Translations under genes and position numbers: made by a program
From: Syntrophomonadaceae bacterium
Lineage (GTDB): Bacteria; Bacillota; Syntrophomonadia; Syntrophomonadales; DTU052
Length of the DNA stretch: 64,000 nt
NCBI GenBank assembly: GCA_012728655.1
Contig: JAAYEQ010000005.1
Span: 2,547 to 66,546 of the forward strand
Direction: 5' to 3'
The notes under the pieces: generated by a model
Told to the model about the DNA's origin: nothing
Database searches by the model: none
What the model saw: the letters and a program-made list of their open reading frames with translations, nothing else
Part shown: one piece after another, positions 10,042-19,288 of the stretch
Layout: each line of letters opens with the position of its first letter
Position numbering within the stretch: the first letter of the stretch is position 1

Positions 10042-10826
10042 GGCAGCAATCGGAACCATTTACGGTTATCGACTCCCATGCCCATCTCCAGGATCCCCGT
10101 TTTGCCGAGGATGTGGAAGAGGTGATCGCAAGGGCGGTCCAGGGCGGGGTGGAAATGACAATCTGCATCGGCTATGATTTGGAGTCCTCGCGGGCGGCGG
10201 TGGAACTGGCCCGCCGCCACCCTGAGATCCGTGCGGTGGTCGGGGTACACCCCCATGACGCCAAGACCATAAATGACCGGGTGCTGGCCGAGGTATGGGA
10301 TCTGGCCCGTGATCCCAGGGTGGTTGCTATCGGGGAGATGGGCCTTGATTACTACCGAAACCTGTCGTCCCCTGATGAACAGAGAAAAGGTTTCCGTGCC
10401 CAGATAAACCTGGCAAAAAAACTGGGTAAACCCATCGTAATTCATGACCGCGATGCCCATGAAGAGGTTTTAACGATAATAAAGCAGGAGAAAGCCGGTG
10501 TTAACGGGGGAATTATGCACTGTTATTCGGGACACCTGCCCCTGGCAGTCGAGTTGATGAAACAGGGATTCATGATCTCATTTGCCGGTCCCCTGACGTT
10601 CAGCAATGCCAGGAAATCGGTAGAGGTTGCCGCACGAGTACCTCTGGACCGGATCCTTATAGAAACCGACTGCCCTTACCTGACGCCGGAGCCGCACAGG
10701 GGCAAGAGAAACGAGCCCCTGTATGTTTGGGAGGTGGCCAAAAAACTGGCGGAGATCCACCGTAAGAGCTTGCAGGAGATTGCCTACATCATCGCCAATA
10801 ACACCCGCCGGGTTCTGGGACTGTAG
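10038..10826 (+). CDS. tatD: TatD-family metal-dependent DNase/hydrolase
   Basis: IDSHAHL start motif, GEMGLDY, HDRDAH, ETDCPYL; synteny (yabD). Confidence 0.9.
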   Translation: MRQQSEPFTVIDSHAHLQDPRFAEDVEEVIARAVQGGVEMTICIGYDLESSRAAVELARRHPEIRAVVGVHPHDAKTINDRVLAEVWDLARDPRVVAIGEMGLDYYRNLSSPDEQRKGFRAQINLAKKLGKPIVIHDRDAHEEVLTIIKQEKAGVNGGIMHCYSGHLPLAVELMKQGFMISFAGPLTFSNARKSVEVAARVPLDRILIETDCPYLTPEPHRGKRNEPLYVWEVAKKLAEIHRKSLQEIAYIIANNTRRVLGL

Positions 10827-11028
10827 TCGACAAGTGCCGAAAATATATGCGTAATGATGACGCTCCAAATCGAATTATTGCGAAACATGACAGCATATTG
10901 TTTATAAGCAATGGCAATACTGGTATGAAATGGCAATAAATTTGACTAACCCCCTGGATTCTTTTACAATTATAGCGTCCCACTGAAAGGGGGGTTGGTT
11001 TATTCTGGATTTCAAAAACAGAAAGAAT

Positions 11029-11964
11029 ATGGTACTGGGGATCGGGATTGCAGTCATCTCCCTTACCCTTGTTACCTATTCTTGCCTGGAGAAATCGGTA
11101 ACCATTAAAGCTGATGGCAAGGTAATTGAGCAGCGAACCTTTAAGAAAACAGTGGGCGAGGTCCTCGAGGCCAACAACATAAAGCTTGGTCCGCATGACC
11201 AGGTTACACCGGAGTTGCAGGCAGCGGTCCAAGAAAACATGGTGATTAATGTTGTCCGCGCATTCCCTGTAACCATAATCGCTGACGGAGAGACCAAAGA
11301 GATAGTAAGTATTCCCGCTAAAGTGAAAAACGTGTTGGAGCGGGCCGGCATTGAGGTGGGGAAAAAGGATTTGGTTTCGGCCAATCTTGATGACCTCACC
11401 TACAAGGGACAAGTTATCAAGGTTACCCGGGTGGCGGAGGAAACCAAGGAGATAACGACTTCGGTACCCTACAGCCGGGAGTACGTCAGCGACAATAATC
11501 TCGAGGTGGGTCTGACCCGGACGGTCAGCCGGGGAAGACCGGGCCAGATGCGTCAGGTGGTTAAGGTTACCTATCACGACGGAGTGGAGGTCAAGAGAGA
11601 GGTATTGTCCTCCGAACTGATCAAAGCACCGGTTAATGAAGTTGTGGCGCGAGGAACAATTACTTCCGTTTCCCGAGGCAATTTAAGACTCGACTTTCAC
11701 CGGGCGCTAATGGTAGAGGCTACCGCCTATACTTATACCGGGCGGAATACGGCTACCGGCAAACGTCCGGCGGTGGGTCTGGTTTCGGTGGATCCAAATG
11801 TTATTCCCATGGGATCCCGTCTGTATATTGAAGGTTACGGTTTTGCAACTGCCGCCGACCGCGGGTCTGCAATCAAGGGTAACAAGATTGATGTTTTCCT
11901 GGAGTCCAAGGAAGCTTGTTACAAATGGGGACGCCGCTGGGTTAAGGTTTATATATTGAAATAA
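11029..11964 (+). CDS. yabE: YabE-like cell-wall protein (DUF348/G5/3D domains)
   Basis: N-terminal TM segment, repeated beta-rich modules, C-terminal 3D (RlpA-like) motif ATAYTYTG...GSRLYIEGYG...DRGSAIKGNKIDVF. Confidence 0.8.
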   Translation: MVLGIGIAVISLTLVTYSCLEKSVTIKADGKVIEQRTFKKTVGEVLEANNIKLGPHDQVTPELQAAVQENMVINVVRAFPVTIIADGETKEIVSIPAKVKNVLERAGIEVGKKDLVSANLDDLTYKGQVIKVTRVAEETKEITTSVPYSREYVSDNNLEVGLTRTVSRGRPGQMRQVVKVTYHDGVEVKREVLSSELIKAPVNEVVARGTITSVSRGNLRLDFHRALMVEATAYTYTGRNTATGKRPAVGLVSVDPNVIPMGSRLYIEGYGFATAADRGSAIKGNKIDVFLESKEACYKWGRRWVKVYILK

Positions 11965-12051
11965 GGCCCGGCAGCAACCTTCCGCTTATTGCCAGAATCT
12001 TTTAGTTTTCGACTTGAGAGACTAATCAGTGAGGCGATAAGCGAGGAGGTG

Positions 12052-12588
12052 ATGGAACTGCGAGGCAAGGCTTTACCAATTTTTATTCTTATTGCAATAA
12101 TTTCAGCCCTGGTTGTTGCAGGTTGTGACCGGGATGAGCAGGCACCGAGACGACCGATCACACCCCGGGAAAAAACTACCACTGAGGATTCGACTCTGAC
12201 CAGGAGGGCTCAGCAGCCGTCAACACAGGCTACATCTACCGAAGCCCGCAAATTGGCGGACCGCCTGACTAACAAGGCGGTAGAGGTAAAAGGGGTTCGA
12301 TCGGCAACGGTTGTGGTACAACCGGCCAACAACAGGTATACAGTCCTGGTGGGTCTGACTTTGAATTCGGAGGTAAAAGAGGATCAAACTGAGGCGATAA
12401 AAAAAGAGGTTTCGGAAAAGCTGAGCAAGACTGACAAGAGAATTGATCGGGTGCTGGTAACGACCAATCCTGATCTAGTAAGAAGGATAGAAGACATCGC
12501 CCGAGGTATTTTGGGCGGCAAGCCGGTACAAAGCTTTGCTGAAGAGATAACCGAGGTAACCAGACGTATCGTACCTACAATTGATTAA
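12052..12588 (+). CDS. YhcN/YlaJ-like sporulation lipoprotein
   Basis: RBS GAGGAGG before ATG 12052. Signal peptide with lipobox LVVAGC. C-terminal YhcN-type region (VKGVRSATVVV...VLVGL...RVLVTTNPD). Confidence 0.65.
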   Translation: MELRGKALPIFILIAIISALVVAGCDRDEQAPRRPITPREKTTTEDSTLTRRAQQPSTQATSTEARKLADRLTNKAVEVKGVRSATVVVQPANNRYTVLVGLTLNSEVKEDQTEAIKKEVSEKLSKTDKRIDRVLVTTNPDLVRRIEDIARGILGGKPVQSFAEEITEVTRRIVPTID

Positions 12589-12606
12589 GCGGTGGAAACA
12601 ACAAAG

Positions 12607-12633
12607 AACCTGGGAATGAATCCCGGGTTTTTT
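12607..12633 (+). terminator. Rho-independent terminator
   Basis: AACCTGGGA-atgaa-TCCCGGGTT (one G-U pair) followed by TTTTTG. Confidence 0.7.
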
Positions 12634-12692
12634 GTTGCGAAATCTTTTGTAGTAAAATAATACTAGCTTAGTGGTAAGGCGGGCTGCTTGCT

Positions 12693-13547
12693 TTGGATAA
12701 TGCCACTCTTTCCGGTGTGCGACGCCTGCTGGCGGAAAAGGGGTTGCGGCCGCACAAAGGATTGGGACAAAATTTTCTCATTGACAAGAATATATTGCAA
12801 AAGATCGCCAATGCCGCTGAATGCACAAAGAATGACGTGGTTTTGGAGATTGGAGCCGGCTTGGGTTCCCTGACCTTGTATTTGGCGGATTTGGCCGGTC
12901 AGGTTGTTGCCGTCGAGATTGATAAGAAGCTGATTCCCATATTGCAGGAAGTACTCGCAGCCCGAACAAATATTGCCCTGATATCGGGAGATATTCTGGC
13001 CCTAGATTGGGAACAAGAGATTTTTGGCTTTCTTAAGGACCCACGGGACCGGATTATAATCTGCGCCAACCTCCCTTATTATATAACCAGCCCTGTTATA
13101 TTTAAGATCCTGGAACACGGAAACCGGATCAAACGGGCGGTGCTGATGATACAACGAGAGGTGGCGGAAAGGCTGCTGGCCCCTCCCGGAAACAGAAACT
13201 ATGGTCTCATAACCGTTAACGTCAATAGAATGGCTGAAGTTGAGATGATAGCCCGGGTATCCAGAAACTGTTTCTATCCTTCGCCGGAGGTGGATTCGGC
13301 AGTAATCAGGCTGTCTCCGCGGTCCCGGCCTTCGATTCTGGTAGAGAACGAAGAGGTGTTTGCCGAGTTGGTCAGGGCCGCCTTTCAGGCCCGGCGCAAA
13401 ACAATATTGAATGTCCTGGTTAGCAGAAATCTGGCGGATCGAGATAAGGCAATGGAGGTTCTTCTGGCACTGGGAGTGGACCCTAATCGGAGGGGTGAAA
13501 CTTTAAGCGTAGAGGACTTCGCTCAGATTGCCAACCGCTTATCGTAA
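12693..13547 (+). CDS. rsmA: 16S rRNA (adenine1518/1519-N6)-dimethyltransferase
   Basis: GQNFL motif, SAM motif VLEIGAGLGSLT, NLPYYI motif. TTG start. Confidence 0.93.
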   Translation: MDNATLSGVRRLLAEKGLRPHKGLGQNFLIDKNILQKIANAAECTKNDVVLEIGAGLGSLTLYLADLAGQVVAVEIDKKLIPILQEVLAARTNIALISGDILALDWEQEIFGFLKDPRDRIIICANLPYYITSPVIFKILEHGNRIKRAVLMIQREVAERLLAPPGNRNYGLITVNVNRMAEVEMIARVSRNCFYPSPEVDSAVIRLSPRSRPSILVENEEVFAELVRAAFQARRKTILNVLVSRNLADRDKAMEVLLALGVDPNRRGETLSVEDFAQIANRLS

Positions 13548-13561
13548 AGGGGGAAGAAATT

Positions 13562-14032
13562 ATGGTGTTTTTCAGCCCCACCCACGGCCGATTAACTTTG
13601 GAGCAAATGGTTGATGACATTCGAGCTTTTATCGCAGAAGATACCAGTTTTCAGTATAAACTAATAGTGGGCTCGGACTCCCAGATTCGTGATGGAACCT
13701 GTTTTGTCACGGCTATTATCGTACACCGTGTCGGAAAAGGAGCGCATTACTACTATACTAAAAGGCATGATCGCAAAATAACCAGCCTGCGCCAGCGCAT
13801 CTTTTATGAAACCTCTTTGAGCCTTGAAATGGCCGACAAATTGTCTGAATATCTCTCACGGAAAGAGGGAGAAAACCTCAAGGTGGAAATTCATCTCGAT
13901 GTGGGAACCCATGGGGAGACAAAGGAATTGGTTAAAGATATCATCGGAATGGTTGTGGGCAGCGGTTTCGATGCCCGGATCAAACCCCATGCCAGTGGAG
14001 CCAGCAAGGTAGCGGACCGTCACACCAAGTAA
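13562..14032 (+). CDS. YkuK (DUF458) RNase H-like family protein
   Basis: 156 aa. Pattern IVGSDSQ...FVTAIIVHRVGKGAHYYY matches what I recall of the DUF458/YkuK family. Not checked by search. Confidence 0.6.
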   Translation: MVFFSPTHGRLTLEQMVDDIRAFIAEDTSFQYKLIVGSDSQIRDGTCFVTAIIVHRVGKGAHYYYTKRHDRKITSLRQRIFYETSLSLEMADKLSEYLSRKEGENLKVEIHLDVGTHGETKELVKDIIGMVVGSGFDARIKPHASGASKVADRHTK

Positions 14033-14166
14033 GAACCTCGCCATCCCGAATATAACCGGGATAGACCCAAAAAGGCACAGAACTGTGGCCGGTTTTTATA
14101 ATTGATATCCAATGTTGCCGGATAGCAAAGAAGCAGTTGACAGGTCACATAATGGGGAGGTTTCAC

Positions 14167-14415
14167 ATGGACATCACCTTTGATGAATTCCTTTATCAGG
14201 GAGTCGAGCGCGCCAAGCCATGCATAGAAAGCGAATTGGAAAAGAGAAAACTTTTAGACCGTTATCTCGACTGGTGTCAGTCCAACTATGCCGAGCCATA
14301 CGATTGGAAGACGCTTCGGGAATGGGACTCTAAGGTGTTCGATGAGATCGTTGCCAATTACGTTCGCGCTTACGGCCCCTTTAAACCCGAAGAATACCCG
14401 GAAGAGGAATGGTGA
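14167..14415 (+). CDS. Hypothetical acidic, Trp/Tyr-rich small protein
   Basis: 82 aa from ATG 14167, preceded by GGGGAGG. No family recognised. Confidence 0.4.
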   Translation: MDITFDEFLYQGVERAKPCIESELEKRKLLDRYLDWCQSNYAEPYDWKTLREWDSKVFDEIVANYVRAYGPFKPEEYPEEEW

Positions 14416-14688
14416 CAGGTTCACATCCGTTTTCCCCGCCTCAGTTGTTTTGACATTGTCCGCCGCCTTCCCCGGCGACCGCTGTAAATTCCCGGATTGA
14501 AAACCGATTCCGATTTCGCTGTTCAATAGAATTATCATCAAGAATGGATCCGGCGGATGATAGTCTTTCAATTTGATCGATGCAAATACGCGGCCATCCT
14601 GCTGCCGGGGCAGATGGGGTTCGGTTTGTCATAGTGATGCGAATCGGCTGAGGTAAAATAAAAACACGACATATGACTGCGAGGTGGC

Positions 14689-15528
14689 ATGTTGTCCGCA
14701 ACCGGATCCAAGTATGAAAAGCTGTGTCAGGAGATTTCCGGCTACGGTAAAGTGATGGTGGCCTACTCGGGCGGGGTGGACAGTACCCTGCTCCTGCGGG
14801 TGGCTCTGGACTGCCTGGGACGGGATAATGTTCTGGCGGTTACTTCGCAATCCCCGCTGACTCACGAGCTGGATATAACGGCGGCCCGTGAAACTGCCCG
14901 GGCCCTGGGCGCACATCACCGAATAATTACAGTGAATAAGCTGGAGAATGAAAACATCGCCTCCAATCCGGCCAATCGCTGCTACTACTGCAAACTCCAT
15001 CTCTATACCCTGCTGGAGCAGTTGGCCCGGCAGGAGGGTTATTCCGTCATTATCGAGGGCAGCAATGTATCCGACCTGGGTGATTACCGTCCTGGATTCG
15101 AGGCCCTGAAACAATTCAACCTGGTGAGAAGCCCCTTGCTCTCCGGCGGTTTCGATAAGGCAGAAGTGCGCCAATTGGCCCGCCAACTGGGATTGAGCAA
15201 TTGGAACCGTCCATCCAATGCCTGTCTGGCTTCGCGATTCCCCTATGGCGAACGCCTGACCGCAGAGAAACTCGCCGCCGTATCCCGGGCTGAAACCGAG
15301 CTTGCTGCCATGGGATTGACCGGAGTGCGGGTCAGATACCATGGTCCGGTGGCTCGAATCGAAATGCCTCCCGGGGATTTTGACCGGATTTTGAAATCGG
15401 ATATGAGGGCCGCCATTTCGCAGGCGGTCAAAAAATGCGGATTTACCTATGTCAGCCTGGATCTGGACGGATATGTACAGGGAAGCCTGAATAAGGAATT
15501 GCAGCGAAAGCCGGGAGACAGAGCATAG
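14689..15528 (+). CDS. LarE-family PP-loop ATP-dependent sulfur transferase
   Basis: PP-loop SGGVDS. Conserved PSNACLASRFPYG segment containing the LarE-type cysteine. Confidence 0.8.
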   Translation: MLSATGSKYEKLCQEISGYGKVMVAYSGGVDSTLLLRVALDCLGRDNVLAVTSQSPLTHELDITAARETARALGAHHRIITVNKLENENIASNPANRCYYCKLHLYTLLEQLARQEGYSVIIEGSNVSDLGDYRPGFEALKQFNLVRSPLLSGGFDKAEVRQLARQLGLSNWNRPSNACLASRFPYGERLTAEKLAAVSRAETELAAMGLTGVRVRYHGPVARIEMPPGDFDRILKSDMRAAISQAVKKCGFTYVSLDLDGYVQGSLNKELQRKPGDRA

Positions 15529-15614
15529 CCATGATTTCCCGTCCACCGGGAAGGTGCCTTGATTCCCGCTCCCGGGCCGGGAACTAATTCCGCTTTAAAA
15601 CCCGGTTATAGTCA

Positions 15615-15685
15615 TTGACAATCGGATAGGTATTATATAAAATATTTGGTTTAGCTTGACTTGGACAACCAAAATGCTATACAAT
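15615..15685 (+). promoter_or_regulatory. Two tandem sigma-A-type promoters upstream of veg
   Basis: P1: TTGACA (15615-15620), 17 nt, TAAAAT (15638-15643). P2: TTGACT (15656-15661), 16 nt, TATACA (15678-15683) with TG two bases upstream. Confidence 0.6.
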
Positions 15686-15717
15686 AAATTAGAAAAAAGA
15701 ATAAGAAGGTGATATGT

Positions 15718-15993
15718 TTGGATTCTCCCAGGCCAATATCACAGATAAAGCAGGATTTGGATTCTTTTGTTGGCAGCCGCATCAGATTGAAAGCCAATCG
15801 GGGAAGGAACCGTATCATAGAGCGAGAGGGTGTCCTGGAATCCACTTATCCTAACATCTTTATCATTAAGATAAATGAGCGTAAAGTAGAGAGAAGAATT
15901 TCGTACAGTTACGCCGATGTACTGACGGAGACAGTTGAGCTGTTTGTCTACGATGACAATGAAGAGATTAAAATTGCGAGTGGCCATAAATAA
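15718..15993 (+). CDS. veg: Veg protein
   Basis: Aligns with B. subtilis Veg (ISQIKQDLD...RLKANRGRNRIIEREGVLESTYPNIF...SYSYADVLTETVEL). TTG 15718 after AAGGTGA; the ORF-track GTG at 15709 overlaps the RBS. Confidence 0.85.
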   Translation: MDSPRPISQIKQDLDSFVGSRIRLKANRGRNRIIEREGVLESTYPNIFIIKINERKVERRISYSYADVLTETVELFVYDDNEEIKIASGHK

Positions 15994-16017
15994 CCGCAGG
16001 CAGCGGTTATTTTTTTT
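15992..16017. terminator. Rho-independent terminator between convergent veg and the glycosyltransferase gene
   Basis: AACCGC-aggca-GCGGTT followed by a T8 run. Confidence 0.8.
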
Positions 16018-16036
16018 GCGCCAACATCAGAGGGCT

Positions 16037-17263
16037 CTAATTGGCGGACGCCCCTACCGGTATTACCAGAGGTTTCTTAATTCTTACGATGTATGAGCCG
16101 TATACGGGGGGTATCCCGGCACGGCGAACCCCGTCCTTTTGCAGCGTCATTCCATAAACCCCACTGCCAACCCGAATTACTATTCTTCTCTTCCGGCGCA
16201 GCAGGGGTATTTCATGCCGGAAACCCGAAATTCGTGCATGGCCCGGCCTCTGTACCAACTCCATGGTGCGCTCGATAGCCTGCAAAATCTGGCGCGCTCT
16301 TTCCAACCAGGTGTTTCTTTGGGCCAGTTCGATTCGAGCCTGACGAAGGTGAGCCGGATCTTCATTGAGTGCCCGGCGGACATTTATGATGAATTCATCA
16401 TCGTTTGCGGAGTAATAAATTTCCGGGAACCCTTGCGTTTCGGGGAGGGCGGTGGTTACAACCGGAATTCCGGCCGCCATGTATTCCCACATCTTAATGG
16501 GATTAACCGCTTCCGTCAGCTGCGAAACCCGGAACGGTATGATGGCGACATCGAAAAGCTGGGTGTATTGAGGCAGCACTTCAAACCGCTTGTAGCCAAG
16601 CCAGTGGAGATTGGGACGCCGGGGGACGCTGGTAAGGTTGTACAGAGGGCCCACCATTACCACATGGCCGTGGGGAAGACTGTCGGCCACCCTTAGTATC
16701 AGGTCGAAATTCAGCCAGGTGGCTATGGCGCCATGATAACCTACGATTGGGGGCTTTAAGTCTTTCATATCATCAGGGATCGCAAGATTGCGGTGTTGAG
16801 CTCGATTGAAGTGATCAAAATCGCACCCGTTGGGAACCAGGATAGTATTGGGATTGACGGTCAGGCTGTCACGGTAAAGCCGTTCGGAAGAGGCTACCAC
16901 CAAATCAGCCGAGGTCAATGCCCGACGCAGGTAAGGCGCCAGGGAAACAAACTCCTCCACCGGTTCGTCCAGGTAATCGAAAACCACCAGGGAGGGGTTG
17001 TAACGGGGAATGAGGTCCACATGGGCCGGAGAACTGAAGTAGAATATCGGTCTTTGCTTGATGTATGCACGGGGATCAACTTTATTGAGGATGACCAGGT
17101 TGTTCGATACCCTGACCGCTCCTCGTGTATGGGGTGTATTGGTGCCGGGGTTCATATAAAATACCTTGGCACCCAGGGAAGCAAAGGCCCGCATAAGCTG
17201 CTGCGGCCGCTGGACCTGCCAGTCAAAATCAATGGTCGGGGGATACAGAATGGTATAGCTCAT
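16037..17263 (-). CDS. GT-B fold glycosyltransferase (family 1/4-like) with a basic C-terminal extension
   Basis: 408 aa from ATG 17263 (GGAGG 8 nt upstream). C-terminal GT1 signature region (GYHGAI...FDVAIIPF...NPIKMWEYMAAGIPVV). About 70 extra Arg/Lys-rich residues at the C-terminus. Confidence 0.75.
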   Translation of the reverse strand: MSYTILYPPTIDFDWQVQRPQQLMRAFASLGAKVFYMNPGTNTPHTRGAVRVSNNLVILNKVDPRAYIKQRPIFYFSSPAHVDLIPRYNPSLVVFDYLDEPVEEFVSLAPYLRRALTSADLVVASSERLYRDSLTVNPNTILVPNGCDFDHFNRAQHRNLAIPDDMKDLKPPIVGYHGAIATWLNFDLILRVADSLPHGHVVMVGPLYNLTSVPRRPNLHWLGYKRFEVLPQYTQLFDVAIIPFRVSQLTEAVNPIKMWEYMAAGIPVVTTALPETQGFPEIYYSANDDEFIINVRRALNEDPAHLRQARIELAQRNTWLERARQILQAIERTMELVQRPGHARISGFRHEIPLLRRKRRIVIRVGSGVYGMTLQKDGVRRAGIPPVYGSYIVRIKKPLVIPVGASAN

Positions 17264-17384
17264 GTGTTTACCTCCCCGCAATACAGGGCGCCAGGCATGG
17301 TTACTGCCTGAATCGCAGTGCTGTTTATCTATCTCCTCACAGTTTATTCGCAGTTGCCGCTGAAGGTGAATAATCCTGTTTGTT

Positions 17385-18461
17385 CTATGGATTTTTCATG
17401 TTGATGGTTACCCTTTTTACTTTCATAACCCACCACCTCTGGTTGGAGTTGCTGTCAACGGTGAAACAACGGCCATAATCGTGCCTGCTCCCTGAAGCCG
17501 GTGCTCTCAACACCTTAAGGAACTCCTCGGCTCGGTGGTGATAAGTATGTCTCGCATATACGTGGGCCTGACCGTTGCGGGCAATCCGCTGTCGTTCTTC
17601 GGGCCGGGCCAGGTAGTATTCCACCAGCTCCACGGTTTCCTGCGGTGATTTGGACCAGACCAGATGCTCGTGGTTGGAGAAAAGGTTTTCAACCGCCGGG
17701 GTCCACTGGGTCAGGTAGAAGGCTCCGCAGCCCAGGGCTTCAAAGGTTCTCATGCTCATCATGGTGGGAGAGGTGTCAACCGAGTGCAGACCCAGCACGA
17801 TCTTGGCGGAGGAATAAGCTGTCCTCATTTCCTCGTAAGTTAAGTTGCCCCCATAAATTTCCGGTTCAATAAAAAACCGGTTTTTGCGATTGAGCCACCA
17901 ATCCAGGCCGTATACTTTAAGATCAAAGTTTTTATCGATCAGCGGCTTCAGTATGATCTCCATGCCCTTTAAGCGGGCCGGGAATTGACTGTAGTTGTTG
18001 CCGACAAATATACAGTCGTGGTTGAAACGCGGGTCCGGTTCCACCCGGTGATGGAATGACGGTGAACAGGCAAACAACATCAAATGGGCCTTTATGCCAT
18101 GCGAATAATACTTGTCGATGCATTCAGCCGCGGTGGTGAAGACATACTGCGAGTTTTTGGCCATGGGCAGGGAGAGACTTTCAAAAAATACCGGATCCTC
18201 ACTGGCCCAAAAAATATGAGGGATCCCCTTCCGGCGCAGGATGGGGAAGATTATATCGCCCAGTTTGCCCCAGCCGCCTTGAGAGCATACGAAATCGGGA
18301 TTAAAAGAGGAGATTGCGTGTTCCAGGAAATCAGGATCCCGCTGGGAACCCAAACCGACGTCAACGATTTTAACGGTTTCGCCGAGCTCGGTCAGGGTCC
18401 GGCCCAGCCCGTGAGTGATCATGGGATTGAAGTCCGTGAATAAAAACCTCAAAGGGAGCAC
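17385..18461 (-). CDS. CgeB-family glycosyltransferase (spore maturation protein CgeB-like)
   Basis: 358 aa. Pattern FWASEDP...FVGN...LKVYG..W....Y.G.L.YEE....YSSAKIVLGLH......MSMRTFEALGCGAF...Y..RP.ER..IA..G resembles CgeB (expected DUF3880 plus Glyco_trans_1_2). Confidence 0.7.
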   Translation of the reverse strand: MLPLRFLFTDFNPMITHGLGRTLTELGETVKIVDVGLGSQRDPDFLEHAISSFNPDFVCSQGGWGKLGDIIFPILRRKGIPHIFWASEDPVFFESLSLPMAKNSQYVFTTAAECIDKYYSHGIKAHLMLFACSPSFHHRVEPDPRFNHDCIFVGNNYSQFPARLKGMEIILKPLIDKNFDLKVYGLDWWLNRKNRFFIEPEIYGGNLTYEEMRTAYSSAKIVLGLHSVDTSPTMMSMRTFEALGCGAFYLTQWTPAVENLFSNHEHLVWSKSPQETVELVEYYLARPEERQRIARNGQAHVYARHTYHHRAEEFLKVLRAPASGSRHDYGRCFTVDSNSNQRWWVMKVKRVTINMKNP

Positions 18462-18475
18462 CTCTTCTTAGGAGA

Positions 18476-19204
18476 TTAATCAGTATTTAGCCAGAAGTTC
18501 GGGTGATCGGGCGACATGGCATGATCCGGGGCATGACCAAAGTCGATCGCCACCTTGCCCCATTGCTCGGCCATGGTGGTGCAGATTACCGTCGCATTAC
18601 ACCCGGCGGAAACCAGGGACCATTCGTGACCTATCCGGGCCATTGCTTCGATACAGGAGTCAAGCTCCTCATACCCGTCGATGCGGACAGTGCCAGGGAC
18701 TACCACCCCCAGTTTCTCATACAGGTAACGGGCAAACTGTTCGGCCGGGCGGCCCACCAGCAGCGGCGGGTATCGGCGAATCAGATCAACGAAAGGCTTA
18801 AACATGGGCAGGTATACGTTTTCAAAGGCGTAGCAGATCGATCGGGGCCGAATTCCCAGGGCCTTGAATACCCGGCAGGTAAAATCATCATCGGCAAATA
18901 CCCCTACCATATCGGCTTTGGTGATAGCATCAATCATTCGATCCCTTAATTCCAGGTTGGGCAGTTTTACCCCGCAGTAGGCGCTGGAACCGGCCCAGGG
19001 CACATTTTTCTCGATCCAATCGAGGCTGTAAACCAACTCCTGGGCCAACACCGTTAGTTCCCCGTCGCCCAACCGGATTAAAGAAAACGGCCTTCCTGAA
19101 AACAGGGAATACCCGATATGCTCAACAATTTCTTCCGCGGTAGCGTAATCCCGGGGAGAGAAAATTACACTCAAGGGTCTCACCTCGGAATGGTGATGGA
19201 ACAC
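18476..19204 (-). CDS. Putative GT-D fold (DUF1792-like) glycosyltransferase
   Basis: 242 aa. SLIRLGDGE motif near the N-terminus, as in the RFGDGE motif of DUF1792/GT-D enzymes. Embedded between two CgeB paralogues. Confidence 0.5.
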   Translation of the reverse strand: MFHHHSEVRPLSVIFSPRDYATAEEIVEHIGYSLFSGRPFSLIRLGDGELTVLAQELVYSLDWIEKNVPWAGSSAYCGVKLPNLELRDRMIDAITKADMVGVFADDDFTCRVFKALGIRPRSICYAFENVYLPMFKPFVDLIRRYPPLLVGRPAEQFARYLYEKLGVVVPGTVRIDGYEELDSCIEAMARIGHEWSLVSAGCNATVICTTMAEQWGKVAIDFGHAPDHAMSPDHPNFWLNTD

Positions 19205-19288
19205 ATTACCAGTTACAGTATATGGGTGGAAACAGAGAGGGGTTACGAAAGGAGTTGAGAGGGGGGGGCGGGGCGGTGTCCGTGCGAT

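Noticed and set aside
10827-11028. Possible c-di-AMP (ydaO-type) riboswitch upstream of the yabE-like gene
   Set aside because: This context is known for such riboswitches, but I could not recognise the conserved ydaO core sequences by eye. Only a TTGACT-N17-TACAAT promoter-like element is evident. An Infernal scan is needed.
9702-11577. 252-aa and 262-aa minus-strand ORFs antisense to metG/tatD and yabE
   Set aside because: They fully overlap strongly supported + strand genes. There are no recognisable domains or translation signals, so they are shadow ORFs.
14629-15546. 305-aa minus-strand ORF antisense to the larE-like gene
   Set aside because: The + strand product has the PP-loop SGGVDS and the LarE Cys motif. 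The antisense translation has no features.
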